The notes under the pieces are model-generated. The model searched no databases. It was not told where the DNA came from and saw nothing but the letters and a program-made list of their open reading frames with translations. Positions 1 through 13,099 of a stretch of 64,000 nt of DNA are shown here, piece by piece (within the stretch, counting starts at the first letter, position 1; each line of letters opens with the position of its first letter). Origin of the DNA: Octopus sinensis (taxonomy: Eukaryota); contig NC_043004.1 of the NCBI RefSeq assembly GCF_006345805.1, positions 47,988,001 through 48,052,000 of the forward strand, read 5' to 3'. Both the position numbers and the translations under genes were made by a program.

Positions 1-111
1 GGATGAAAGGCAAAGTCGACCTCGGCGGAATTTGAACTCAGATCCTAACGGCAGACGAAATACGGCTACGCATTTCGCCCGGAGTGCTAACGTTTCTGCC
101 AGCTCGCCGCC
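1..111 (-). mobile_element. SINE family B, 5' part (cut by window edge)
   Basis: Reverse complement of GGCGGCGAGCTGGCAGAAACGTTAGCAC...GAGTTCAAATTCCGCCGAGGTCGACTTTGCCTTTCATCC; tRNA-like A/B boxes; matches copies at 19909, 28225 and 63024. Confidence 0.9.
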
Positions 112-395
112 TTAAATGTATATACATATTGACAATGGGCGGAGAATTAACTTAGACGTGATCTCAGAATACCTCTCTCTAAACGCCTTCCCGGTATATA
201 TACGTTTCCTATGTCACATAATATACTGTATGTTCTACTCACAATTGCCCATTGTAACCGTCTAGTCATTGCACTATACTGAAGTAATTCGGTCACACCA
301 CACCAGTCAGGTCGAATGAGAAACAGAAGTGATAAAATACTGAAAACATAACGATATACACGCAAATGCATGCCGCACAGGAACGTGAGTACAGC

Positions 396-835
396 GAATC
401 TTTTCGGTTTGAACGGCAGTTTTTTTTTCTAGCGGTGTCATATGAAATTGTCACCCATAATTATGACCCTAGTATTGATCTATTGCATTTCAATCTGTTT
501 TAGGGTTAGGGTTAGTTAGGGTTAGGGTTAGGGTTAGAGGTGGGGGAAGGGTATATTTCTTTCTTCACAAATGTAAATAAACCCAATCTGTTTCTTAAAC
601 GAGGGGCATATTCATACGGCACAGAATGTTTTTACCTCAATAGACGTCAGTGATTGGTTGAAATTGCAGAAATTGAAGAAAGAAAACAACAAATATCTTA
701 CAAACTATAGAATTTTCTCAATAAAGCCAAAAGAAAAAGATGTTTTATAAACACATTCTATCAGTATACGAAGTTTAAAATTTTTTTGTTACCTAGAAAT
801 TATGTTAAAAACTGCCGTTCAAACCGAAAAGATCC
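396..835. mobile_element. MITE with ~28-bp TIRs, 8-bp TSD and internal (TTAGGG)n
   Basis: TIRs G(A/G)ATCTTTTCGGTTTGAACGGCAGTTTT at 396-423 and inverted at ~808-835; flanks AGTACAGC (388-395) and AATACAGC (836-843), 7/8 match; TTAGGG run at ~500-540. Superfamily not assigned. Confidence 0.8.
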
Positions 836-946
836 AATACAGCTAATGCGAAGGCATTTCTCAATTCTTAGCTTATAGACGAGCCACAAAGGAAATAATC
901 AGTACAATAGTCCCTCAATGATTGCTTACTTATTATCCTTTACCCT

Positions 947-1310
947 GGCGCAGGCGTAGCTGTGTGGTAAAAAGTTTGATTCCCAACTATATAGTTCCGA
1001 GTTCAGCCCCCACTGGGTGTCTTCTACTATAGCCTTTGGCTGACCAAAGACAGAAACTGAAACTCGCCATATTTGTGTGTGTGTGTGTGTGTGTAAGTGT
1101 GTGTGGCGGGGAGAGATAGTATTAGTGATTTCCCACCACCATCACCCCTTGGCAACCGGCATTAGTATGTTTGCGTTTCCGTGACTTAGCTGTTCTGTAA
1201 CAATAGAATAGTAGAATGAACACCAGTCTTTGCAAAAAGTAAGTACTGGAGTCGAATCCTTCAACTAAAACATCATGGCTGCAGTCTAATGATTGAAGCA
1301 AATAAAAAAT
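947..1310 (+). mobile_element. SINE family A, degenerate
   Basis: GGCGCAGGCGTAGCTGTGTGGTAA head, TG microsatellite in the middle, CATGGCTGCAGTCTAATGATTGAAGCAAATAAAA tail. Confidence 0.8.
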
Positions 1311-1566
1311 GAAATATTAAAGTTATATTTCTTTTCTATGTCACTAATACAGCTCCTGTTGTCGAAAATCTCACAAAATCTTATGCAGCACTCTTGGATT
1401 CTACCTTATCAATACGCCTACTGAATGTACTGACATGAAACCAGTGGTATTAGACTATGAATTTTATTATAGAAATTATGTATCCACCGATATGGGGTTG
1501 AGAACTCAGTCCCTCACTTTGTCACTAATAAGTATCTGTGTTTATATGCGTGTATATATATATATA

Positions 1567-1735
1567 TTCCTCCGTCTTGCTTTACTATTGGACTTTCCTC
1601 TGTTTATGAAGAAGAGGTTTGCTCGAACGTTAAACCATCTTTCTTTCCGTCTCTGATCGTCTGTACTCGCGTTGTTGTTTTTTGTGTTTGATCATCGTTT
1701 TTTTGGGGGGGTGGAGAGGGGTCACATAAATTTGT
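1567..1735 (+). mobile_element. Penelope-like terminal-repeat fragment between TA repeats
   Basis: Non-microsatellite insert flanked by (TA)n; contains a decayed hammerhead motif at 1602-1635. Confidence 0.5.
1602..1635 (+). ncRNA. Decayed minimal type-I hammerhead ribozyme
   Basis: GTTT-ATGAAGA-A-GAG gtttg CTC-GAA-CGTT-AAAC: helix I GTTT/AAAC, helix II GAG/CTC, palindromic AACGTT; C3 changed to A and one A of GAAA missing. Confidence 0.5.
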
Positions 1736-2017
1736 ATATATATATAAGTAACTCATTTTTTACTGCATATTACCTCAATACATCTTACTAATATAGGCAG
1801 AATGAGATACCTTTATCTACAGGCTGAAACAGCTGTAAGATCCATTTTATGTGTATTATTCTTATGGTATTATTATCTTACATATTGATGTATATTGTTT
1901 TGTTGGATTTGGATGTTCCTATTTATGTAGTTAATAAATAATATGAATTGGTAATATCTTTAATCGATAATTGAAATGAATCTGTTCATCCATTTTTTTA
2001 TTTGTATTATATATATA

Positions 2018-2061
<44 letters not shown>

Positions 2062-2070
2062 TATATATAC

Positions 2071-2298
2071 AGGCGAACGCGTAATAAGTTGCTTGCCTCC
2101 CAATTGTGTAGTCTTTGCTTTGTTTTAGTCCTACGACCACCACCACTGCTTGATAACTTTGCCTTTACACAAAAATTAGCCGATAGATTAAGCACGATAT
2201 TTTAAAAAATAGTACTGGTTTTCATTTGTTCGACTAAACCATTCACGGTTATGTCCTAGCATATCCGCAGTCGAATGACTGAAACAACTAAAAGATAG
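2071..2298 (+). mobile_element. SINE family A, highly degenerate
   Basis: Remnant head plus TTGTTCGACTAAA...CCGCAGTCGAATGACTGAAACAACTAAAAG tail. Confidence 0.6.
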
Positions 2299-2486
2299 AC
2301 GATAAATGATATATACATACATTCACCTATGCAAATGAAAGAGCATCAAAATAAAACAGCCATCTGTCTATCATATTAAGTGTGTATATACCGTTAAAAG
2401 GAAGTTTGGTGTAGCTTTTGTCCCAGAGAAAATATTTTCATAAACACGTGTTATATATATGTTGTGTGTGTGTGTATTTATATATA

Positions 2487-2554
<68 letters not shown>

Positions 2555-3182
2555 TATTATATATTATATATATATATATATTATTATTATATATAGAAGG
2601 AGCTTCTACAGGACTAGAGCTGTTTCATTCAAGAGAAATCTTCAGGAAGCTAGTTAACAAGAATTGTATTGGCATTTATACATTTAGGCAGGTTTAAAGG
2701 GGTGGTGGTGGGGGACTTTTTGGGGGTAGGCATAGCGCAAAATATCATACTTGGGGGAGTGGTCAAGGAGTCAGTGGTAAATTAGATAAAAGAACAAATA
2801 AAAAAATTAAAAAATATATATAAAAAAGAATAGAGTTTTAGGTAAATAAGGAGATTCTCACTTATACCTATACACATATGTATACATATATACACACACA
2901 TACATACATATATACATACACACATACATACACACACACACATATACATATATATACACATACACATACATATACATATCTACACATACACATATACATA
3001 TATACATACACTCACTCACATGCATACACGTATACACACATGTATATATACACACACGACCACACATACATACACACAGAAAAATATATATACATACACA
3101 CATACACACATGCACACACAGCACACTAGTCCCTATATACACATATATACACATACACACATATATATACATACACATACAT

Positions 3183-3215
<33 letters not shown>

Positions 3216-3671
3216 CATATGTGTACCTATACATACCTACACATACACATATATATATACATACAAATACAGACCCATTCCCTAATTTTAATTTTATTAT
3301 CTTCATTTATTACTTTTGTTATCTTTGACCGCTGGTCCCAAGGATCTTGGCTATGACAGCAAGTCCATTTATCTGTCTACTTGAAAACAAGCACTCATTC
3401 ACGCACGCACACTCATTAGCACGTACACTCACTCATTCGTACACTCATACACATACACGCACGCACGCGTTATATTCATACATACATACATCTACATACA
3501 TTCACGTATATACACATACGTACGCGTACCTACAGATTCATGTCTACACTCTTAGAAGGCTAGTCTATACATATACACCAATAAATATATATATACACAC
3601 ATACATATACACCTACATACAAATACATACATATATATATATATATATATAATATATATTATATATTATAT

Positions 3672-3719
<48 letters not shown>

Positions 3720-4009
3720 TTACTGAAAGTAGAATAATATTCTAATGATAAATGGCAGATAGAAAATGTTGGCTTAAAACTTGGTTATGGAAACAAAGTT
3801 AAAAAGGTCGGCAAAATTGAATTAAATTGAATGGAAATGGAAATTTAGTTAAGAGAGTAATTACTGCATGGATGGAAATTTTTTTCTATTAATTCTATTT
3901 ATCGTTATTTGATTTTAGCTGCGATAATTTGGATGGCCGCTTAAATGACTGAATGGTTTCGATGTAGATAGACAGACAGACGTGCTGACCGACCGGCAGA
4001 CAGACAAAC

Positions 4010-4420
<411 letters not shown>

Positions 4421-6244
4421 AAGAGATGCATATATACAGTGGTTTATTGACGCGGAAATTCGATGAGAATTCATCAAAAGAAATGGTATCTTAGTCAATA
4501 TATCGATCTATTTCCTAGGATGCCAACATCAATCGAAGACAAACGACTCGCTAAATTGCTTCTGCACAAGATTCTTTCTTCTACGTAGTATTGTCAAACT
4601 AAGAATTTATCTCGCACATTTTACTCGTTTTATTTGCAGTTTTAGTTTTTGCTGCTATTTTTTATCATTATCATTGTTTTCAAGAAATGTGTTGTATGTG
4701 CATGTGCCTCATCCATTCATCTGTACATGTAGGTGTGGTGGGGCTAGCTACATAAATCTCTTGTAGGTCGAAGACAGATGACCCATAATACAGTACACAT
4801 AATATTATTTCTAACTTTGTCGCAAAGACTTATATTTTGCGGTAGGGGTGTTTTTGATTAGATTTCTTCTCATACATAACAGTTACTTATTTTATTGAAA
4901 CAGGGGAAATGAAATATGTACCCGGTCCAAGCTTGATTTGAACATGCATTTTTTTTATTATGCATTTTTTTTTTCTATTTATTTTCCCCAGTTTTCTTGT
5001 TATTGCGTGATTTCATTGCGCTACGCAGTACAGTTTTATGAGTCTTGACTACTTACAATATATTGTTTTAGTTTTGTACATTTTTATTGTGCCCGCGATA
5101 CATAACAGAAACGCGGCTCTTGATAGGGATGTTTTCTCTATATTGTATATGTGTTAGTCCTGGAACGTGGGTTATGTATTTGTCTTGTCTGTAATGGTTT
5201 TTAATCATTCCCAATTCAATTTTATAGGATTCTTTATGTTTTCAATCCATATTATGGTTGTCTTTATTTCTTGGTCTTTATATTTGAATAATTTCTCCTA
5301 ATCTTTTAGAGTTATTTTCTGTTTCCTTCAAAGAATTTTTTTACCATTTCTTTTACAGTTATTGTTTACCGTTGTCGCAGCATTTCACAGAGCTGCTCTT
5401 AGAAGGTAATTTGTTCAGGGATTATTTGAAGGAATGCTTTCAACAAAAGAGCTTAAGAATATTTCAATGTCTACCCCAATTACCTGAGATAGAAAAGGAG
5501 ATTAGTCTTTAGACATTTATTGTGTACATATATTTCCGCAAACATCCATTTTACTTTGTTTATTAATAGTTCAATACAGCCACTTCGATAGTAAGGTGGC
5601 GTTAGTAATATTGGTGGTAACAGTCACTATGCCATTGCAAAAACAAAAATAAGAATCTTGAAACCACGGAGACATTTCGAGACGAAAAGAAACAATTACA
5701 GTTTGACAAGCACATTAAAAAAAATGATGAAAACAAATTTAAATAACAATAACAAAAACACCGTCAGCAAGAACAATAAATCTTTTCCTATTCTCACAAG
5801 CCAAAACGAGGTACTAAATGTCAGTCGACTCTAAGTTTTTAAAACGTGAGTAAAATTTACGTGACAAAAGGTTAGTACTTCCTGATCAAGAGAATTCTTT
5901 CCAAAAAATAACAAGAACAAGTGATAATTCAGTTGCACAAAATAATCGACACTGCTTCCGTATATTCTCATTTAGCCTTACATACTCTGGCCGATGTATC
6001 AAATGATGTATGCTCTCTTGTCAGAGAAAGACTATATGCAAGTGTGTGTTTAGTCTTCATGACCGAGGATGATATGAGAGCAAGCAGAACGGGTGCATCG
6101 TACGTGTCATCACAAACTGCTTCTAAATTACGACCAGTTGGTGAATGACATCGTCGTTGTGATGGTCCCTTGAGGTCGAGGTTTTGATGGTCATTGTATG
6201 TTTTATGTTTTTTTGGTGGGGGGCTGCTTTTTGTTTGATTTTTA

Positions 6245-6877
6245 GGCGTAGGAGTGGCTGTATGGTAAGTAGCTTGCTTACGAACCACATTGTTCCGGGT
6301 TCAGTCCCACTGCGTGGCACCTTGGGCAAGTGTTTTCTACTATAGCCTCGGGCCGACCAAAGCCTTGTGAGTGGATTTGGTAGACGGAAACTGAAAGAAG
6401 CCCGTCGTATATATGTTACGTCCTGTTTTTGTCACATTTTTTTTCCTTGTTGTTACCCCTCTGCAAAGGAATTTTATTTAATTCTTTCGCAGGAAGGACT
6501 AGTTCGACGAGTCGTATTCTGTACTCACCTTCGAAACACGCAGGAGTTGAACGAGGGGCAGCTGATGAAGGGGATTTTTCCTTGTGTAGTTGTCTTGTAC
6601 TCTGTTTTTTCGTTGTTAAAAAAATTGTCCGTTCCATGCTTGTTTTTACTTTTTCGTTTCTCGTTGAGTTCTACGTCTATTTATGGTGTCCTGTACTCAC
6701 GTATATATATTTATATATGCATGTATATATATACATGTAGATGTAGGTACGTACATATATGTTTGTACGTATACATATATTTTATTTATTACACTATTGT
6801 ATGACTGAGCGCCCTCGCGTCGATTCGATTCGATTCGTTTCGTTTCGTTTCGTTTCTTCTTCTTCTCTAAGCTGGTT

Positions 6878-6941
<64 letters not shown>

Positions 6942-7185
6942 TGTGTGTGTGTGTGTGTGCGTGTTTGTGTGTCTGTGTTTGTTCCCCTAACATCACTTGA
7001 CAACCGATGCTGGTGTGTTTACGTCCCCGTCACTTAGTGGTTCGGCAAAAAAGAGACCGATAAAATAAGTATTAGGCTTACAAAGAATAAGTCCTGGGGT
7101 CGATTTGATCGACTAAAGGCGGTGCTCCAGCATGGCCACAGTCACATGACTGAAACAAGTAAAAGAGTAAAAGAGTAAAGAGAGT
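6245..7185 (+). mobile_element. SINE family A split by insertions in its internal microsatellite
   Basis: Head 6245-6415 (GGCGTAGGAGTGGCTGTATGGTAAGTAGC...GAAGCCCGTCG), tail ~6925-7185 ending AAGTAAAAGAGTAAAAGAGTAAAG; unrelated sequence at 6417-6900. Confidence 0.9.
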
Positions 7186-9060
7186 TATTGATGGATTATG
7201 AGGTGACTGATGTGTTCAATTCTTGCTCGGAAATTCCTCCCAGAAGCTGGTTGTTTTTCTCTATCTTTCCAACGCTTCCTATTTTCTCCATGTTCGACAG
7301 TCCTGCAGGTCTCAAAAGTTGCTAGTCCCTCTGATGAGGGATCACCAGTGTTCTCCATCCTGAGAATTGCCCTCCTATTTCTAACTATAAATATTGCAAT
7401 TCTTGAAGGCGGCGAACCGGCAGGATCGTTAGCTCGCCGGGCAAAATGCTTAGCGGCATTTCGTCTGCATTTACGTCCTGAGTTCAAAACCTGCGGAGAT
7501 CGACTTTGATTTTCATCTTTACGTGGTCGATGAAATAAGTATCAGTTGAACCTTTGGGTCAGCCAAAAAATTGCTGACCTTGAGTGAAAATTTGAAATGA
7601 ACATTACTAGTCTTGAAATTAGCTTTTAGGACATCTTTGAATCTTTTCTTTTGCCCTCTTCTTATTCATTTTCCTTCTTTTAGTTAGGAGTACAGAAGCT
7701 GCTTTGCTAGACGATTGCTTTTCATTCTCATAACATGACTAATCCATCTCTGCTGTTTCTGGATGATAATAGCTTCAATGGAGAGCATGTTGTCTTCTTC
7801 CAACACACTCATGTTTGACCCTTTTTTTTTTCTCTTCCCAGCCGATGTCGAGAATACTTCGAAGGCAGCATTGATGGTACCTTTATGTGTCTTCTGTACA
7901 TAGTCCAGGCCTTAGGTGCGTATAGGAGCGTGGAGATGACCGCTGTCTTGTATACCATCATTTCTGTGTCAGTTCGAAAGTCTCGATCTTGGAATATTTA
8001 CGTTCAGAGACGACCAAAGGCAGCACCGGCGTTTTAGACACGACATTAGATTTTGTCAATGATATCAGTATTAGAAGAGAGACGACTTCCCAGATACAGA
8101 AAATGAGTTACGTTTTCTAATGCTGTGTCCTCGATTCCAGTACCTGGTTACACACTGCTTGCCTCAACTGGTAATGGCTGGAGGATGACTTGTGTCTTCT
8201 AGCAATTGATGGTGAGTCCCAATTTTATGTAACCTTTATGGAAGGCATTGAGAAGACATATTGAAATCCGATGATGAAGCATATTGAGATTTTGCTTTTT
8301 GGACCTCAACTGGGCAAGATTGAAAAGCTTATTTTTGGTTTTATAAATAGTTTCAACTCCTAGTGGGAGATCAGCTTTGATGATTTCTATGGTGGTGGCA
8401 ATGAAGACGGTGAAAAGTGTGGGAGCTATGATGCAGCCTTGTTTCACTACTGATCTTACTAAAAATGATTCAGCATCACTGTTGCTGACTAGGACACTCA
8501 CAATCACGATGTCAGGGAGAAGCCGAAGCAACCGAATGTATTTATCAGGTCATCGGTAAATGGATAGAATGTTCTACAGGATTTCTCTCGAAACTGAGTC
8601 GAAGACCTTAGTAAGATCAATAAATGCCATGTACAAAGGTTGAAGTCCTTCGTGGCACTTCTCTTTCAGATGTTGCATGGCGAAAATCATATTAGTCGTT
8701 CTGTGATGCTCTGAATCCAGCTTGAGTCTCCGAAAGGATCATCTCAGTGACTGCTTCATTCTGTTGTTCAATATACAGGCTAGGATCTTTCCTGAAATTG
8801 CTAACAGATATTCTTTGAGAGTCCCCACAGTTTGAAGTATTTCCTTTCTACTTCTAGATGGTAACAATATTTGAATCTTTCATATCAGGTGGCATTTTCT
8901 CATTTATCCAAATTTTGTTCAGATGCTAGTGGAGTTGGAATCAAATCGCCTCCTGATTTGAATGCCTCAATTTGTTTTCCATCTGGTCCTGCAGCTTTGT
9001 TATTTCAACAACTCTTCAACAACAAAAGCAATGCCTTCATTCCCCTACAAATTGTTTAAC
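7170..9060 (-). mobile_element. RTE/BovB-like LINE remnant (RT and C-terminus), pseudogenised
   Basis: ORF 8199-8531 VKQGCIIAPTLFTVFI...KLFNLAQLRSK (RT); NNKAAGPDG near 9000; C-terminal GRNFRARIEHISHL near 7200; interrupted by SINE B at 7408. Confidence 0.85.
7408..7548 (+). mobile_element. SINE family B, degenerate
   Basis: GGCGGCGAACCGGCAGGATCGTTAGC...GATCGACTTTGATTTTCATCTTT...GTCGATGAAATAAGTATCAGTT. Confidence 0.8.
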
Positions 9061-10802
9061 GGTATGGCTACAAAAAGTAAAGTATTAAGAATTCAAAATC
9101 ACCGTTCAAAGGGACACTCCATACCTAAAACATTATTGGTGAAGGGAAAAGACTTATGAAATTCAAAAGCTAGCTGAAGCCAAAATTACATTTTTGGTCC
9201 GTCGACGCATGATCAAGCCCCTCTCAAAAGCATAGATGGTAACACCATTCTTAAATCTAACGTTGTTGTCAGTGCCACTTTGAATATTTACTGAATAAAC
9301 CAGTCGTCTTTGACCAACATGTAGTAACCAACATCCAAAAACAACCAATGGAACATTCCCTTAGAAAATCTCTTGCCGTAGATGAGGTTAGAGAAGCCAC
9401 CAGCGGCTTAAAATATAACAAAGCTTCAGGACCAGATGGAATACCAAGATGGTGACTGTTTGCGTGACTTGAAAACAGCAAGCGGTCAGATCTTCAAGGA
9501 TCACCAGGAATTATAATGCACAAGCACCACAAGGAAATCCCGGATTTATATTTCCTTGAAGGATCGGATAGAATACGATTATACCAATGATGCGGAGAAG
9601 AAACTTCCTTGCTACATGTGTCATAATAAAGGCTCTTGCCCAGGAGGAGCAAAGCTAAAATAATAGGGGTGACCAAAAAGATCCGAGGCGGCAACAACAG
9701 CCTTCGCAAGACCATGACAGTTACTTCTGCTTTGATTGGTCACTAAAACACGAGAAGAGTCAGAGATGATATAATGAGAAACGAAACAACCTCATCTCAC
9801 TAATACTGGTACTTGGGTTCTATTTAGCACGACATCGATGAACCGAGGTGTCGAGTCCTCCCGCACATAGCCGGATAGAATTTACGAGCAGCAATTTCAT
9901 CCCCTTCGCCGTTAAGTTATTGGCTTGGAGAAAGATGGACAAACATCAATGTTTCCATTTCTGTGAGACATGCATTGTCATCGTTTGAGATCAATACTTC
10001 GATTAAAAAGCTCTTTCTTTCTTATTCATCCTTGACAGGAATATCCGGTTAATTATTGTTGGCGTCTTTTATTGAGTATATTCGCCTATCTTGATTACTT
10101 TGTCATCCCAATACCACGTATGCCAATACCACGACATTTTTGTTTCTATTTCATAATGCTGGCACAACTTCCAGTATATGTTAACCCCACTATGTAGATG
10201 TGTTTTTTCTTGGCTAAAACCTGGTAGTCAGAGACAGTTTCTCTACAGTCTCATTTTTGACTTCCGCTTCCCTCATTCACATCAACTTCTCTGTTCAACT
10301 TTTGCATTTATTGATCACGTGGTGGGAGGATTTGCTTGTTATCTGCTAGCCATAGCATTTGCTTAGGTTTTAACTAACACTTCCTTTGATTCTTCATTTT
10401 ATTCCTAACAATATCATTTCATAATTTCAACTTTATAGATTGTTAGAATACGGTCCTGCGTCTATTGTCTTTATAATTTTTTCGTTTCTTTAAGCTTGGG
10501 AACTGAAATAGTTTTCCTTTGAATGAATCAGTCAGGTGTTGGCTCCGGATTCGTCAATATCTCATTAAATTTCTCTGTTAACTCTGTATGTGTCGCTGTT
10601 AAATATTTTAACCTGAAATTTGGTTTATAATAAAATCGTAAGCCTCCCATTTGTTTGTTTTTAAAGTCTGCCTTTTGTCTTCGAATATTATGGGCAACCA
10701 CAACTTATCTGCCGTTGACTTCAAAAATCTCGCAGTGATTATTTAGCTGTCCATATACCTGTCCAATTTTTTCGTCTCTGATACTGTTTGCTCGATGTTG
10801 AT

Positions 10803-11215
10803 ACTCTTACTCTTTTACTCTTTTACTTGTTTCAGGCATTTGACTGCGGCCATGCTGGAGCACCACCTTTAATCGAGCAACTGGACCCCGGGACTTATTC
10901 TTTTGTAAGCCCAGTACTTATTCTATCGGTCTCTTTAGCCGAACCGCTAAGTTACGGGGACATAAACACACCAGCATTGGTTGTCAAGCAATGCTAGGGG
11001 GACAAACACAGACACAAACACACACACGCATATATATATATACATATATACGACGGGCTTCTTTCAGTTTCCGTCTACCAAATCCACTCACAAGGCTTTG
11101 GTCGGCTCGAGGCTATAGTAGAAGACACTTGCCCAAGGTGCCACACAGTGGGACTGAACCCGGAACCATGTGGTTGGTAAACAAGCTATTTACCACTCAG
11201 CCACTCCTGCGCCTA
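10803..11215 (-). mobile_element. SINE family A, full length
   Basis: Reverse complement of the complete head-body-microsatellite-tail arrangement ending in (GAGTAAAA)n. Confidence 0.95.
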
Positions 11216-11862
11216 TTTTATGATATCTATTTTATTTTAACAAGGTTCTTGATAAGACCGCACTGGAGTTGAGCTACTTGTTTTGTTGAAATAATCATTG
11301 TCGTTTTGTCTTATATTGAGGAATACTTTGAAATTTAGCAATGAACTATTCTTTCAAACGTTCTTCACCTCTGGTAATATTATTTTTTTTTTTTGTATTA
11401 TTACAGTATTTTTTCACATTTACTGGCTTTTCTGCATAGTTGTGTTCCATGTATGTTTTCTTTCTTTGCGAGGGCGTTGGTATTCCTTTCGGAACAACGG
11501 TGGTATTCCTTTGTAACAACGGTGGCTGTTATATATTATTTCAGCTAACTCGGCAATTTGACGTTTGTGTTTGATGTAATTAATCCTGTAATGTCCAGTT
11601 TAACCTTTTCTTTATAGTTCTTTCTATCGCTGAGTTTTATGTTCGATATGCACCTTCGCTCATCTCAAGTAAGATTCTTATATACTTTGTAATTCTTGAT
11701 ATATTTTTACGTTTGGAAAGTCATGGTCGGGAATTCTACCTTCAGAGTTTTCTACTCTCAAATCTTGTTTATATTTTTGTTTGTGTTGTTCTGATCAATT
11801 TGTGCTCCTCGGGATTTTGTACATGTACTAGGGTTGTTTCAACACCTGCCTTTACGTTCGCA

Positions 11863-12005
<143 letters not shown>

Positions 12006-12672
12006 TTTCTTACTCTTTTATTCTTCTTTTTGTGATATATTCTTCCTATTAAAAATGTTGTTTTAATTTCTGATCGTTTGTTTAGTTTTGACAATCTATC
12101 TCCTAAATTTAGCTCATCTGTCCGAGTTCAGCGGTACATTTTGCCCTGAGTATTTTTCTTTTCCGCTTTTACACAAATATATATGATCATAGATTCAGAG
12201 GGTTTTTGTTTTTTAGAAGAGGACAGTTTCACAAAAAAATATGCATTTAGAAAAGAAGCATATTACTGTCGAGTCGAGTCTCTTTGTGATTTTTTTTTAT
12301 TATATCTGGAATACAGAATTTTTTCACGGCCATTTTTCTTACACTTTAAGCATCAGATTCAAAACACTACATTCTTAGATTAAAAACCTTGCGATGTATG
12401 TCCTTATTTCTGCTTTCACAGTTTTGCAAATCTCATAGTATGAGATCGGTAACTACTGTGAACGTTGGTAACAGATCAATAAACGATCAATAAATTTTAC
12501 AAGTATTATGCAGTTTTCTGCAAAGTCATATTTTGGTTATTTCTTTTTCCGGTGTGTTTCGTTATATTTTCATTCGTTTCCCTCGATATATTTCGGAGCA
12601 ATCAAACAGTGATCACTGATGTTAAACGTCCCAAATATTCTACTACTACTACTACTACTACTACTACTATTA

Positions 12673-13020
12673 TTTTTTTTTCTTCTTCTTTCAAATTTGC
12701 TTCCATTTCTTGCCGAGCGTCTTCCCGACTCCTAGGGCAAAGAAACTCATAGTATACATTGGTAGGCCATTAAACCAAACTCAATAGTTCGTTCATTTTT
12801 TTTTCTTTTTTAAGGTTAAATTAAAATACATGGGCAGTAACAGCTCTCACAGCGACAATGCTCTTCTCAATACGTGTGATGTACCAGTTAAGACAATCTT
12901 TTGCACTTCTTGCAGGGATGGTAAGCCAGGGATCATTCTCATATAATTTTCGGTTCCCTTCTTGATCATTCCTAGTGCTCCTACGATCACTGGTATTGTA
13001 ACCGCCTTGAGATGCCACAT
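12673..13020 (-). mobile_element. R4/Dong-like LINE 3' end in a TAA/TAG repeat
   Basis: Open frame 13020-12847: MWHLKAVTIPVIVGALGMIKKGTENYMRMIPGLPSLQEVQKIVLTGTSHVLRRALSL* (REL C-terminus), then 3' UTR, A-tract and (TAA/TAG)n; (TAA)n also at the 5' junction. Confidence 0.85.
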
Positions 13021-13099
13021 TTATTATTATTATTAGACGTGTTTTTTTTTTTGCTGAGCGTGTTTTATTTTTTTTTTTTTATTTTTTTTTTTTTTTGCT

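Noticed and set aside
500-540. TTAGGG run as a chromosome end
   Set aside because: Short, interrupted and enclosed within MITE TIRs.
6417-6700. Possible hammerhead in the insert within SINE A (TCGACGA...CGAAAC and CTGATGAAGG...CCTT)
   Set aside because: Neither candidate has core, helix II and GAAA in the right order with pairing; cannot be supported from this copy.
7331-7337. CTGATGA motif
   Set aside because: Lies on the antisense strand of RTE coding sequence with no downstream GAAA or helices.
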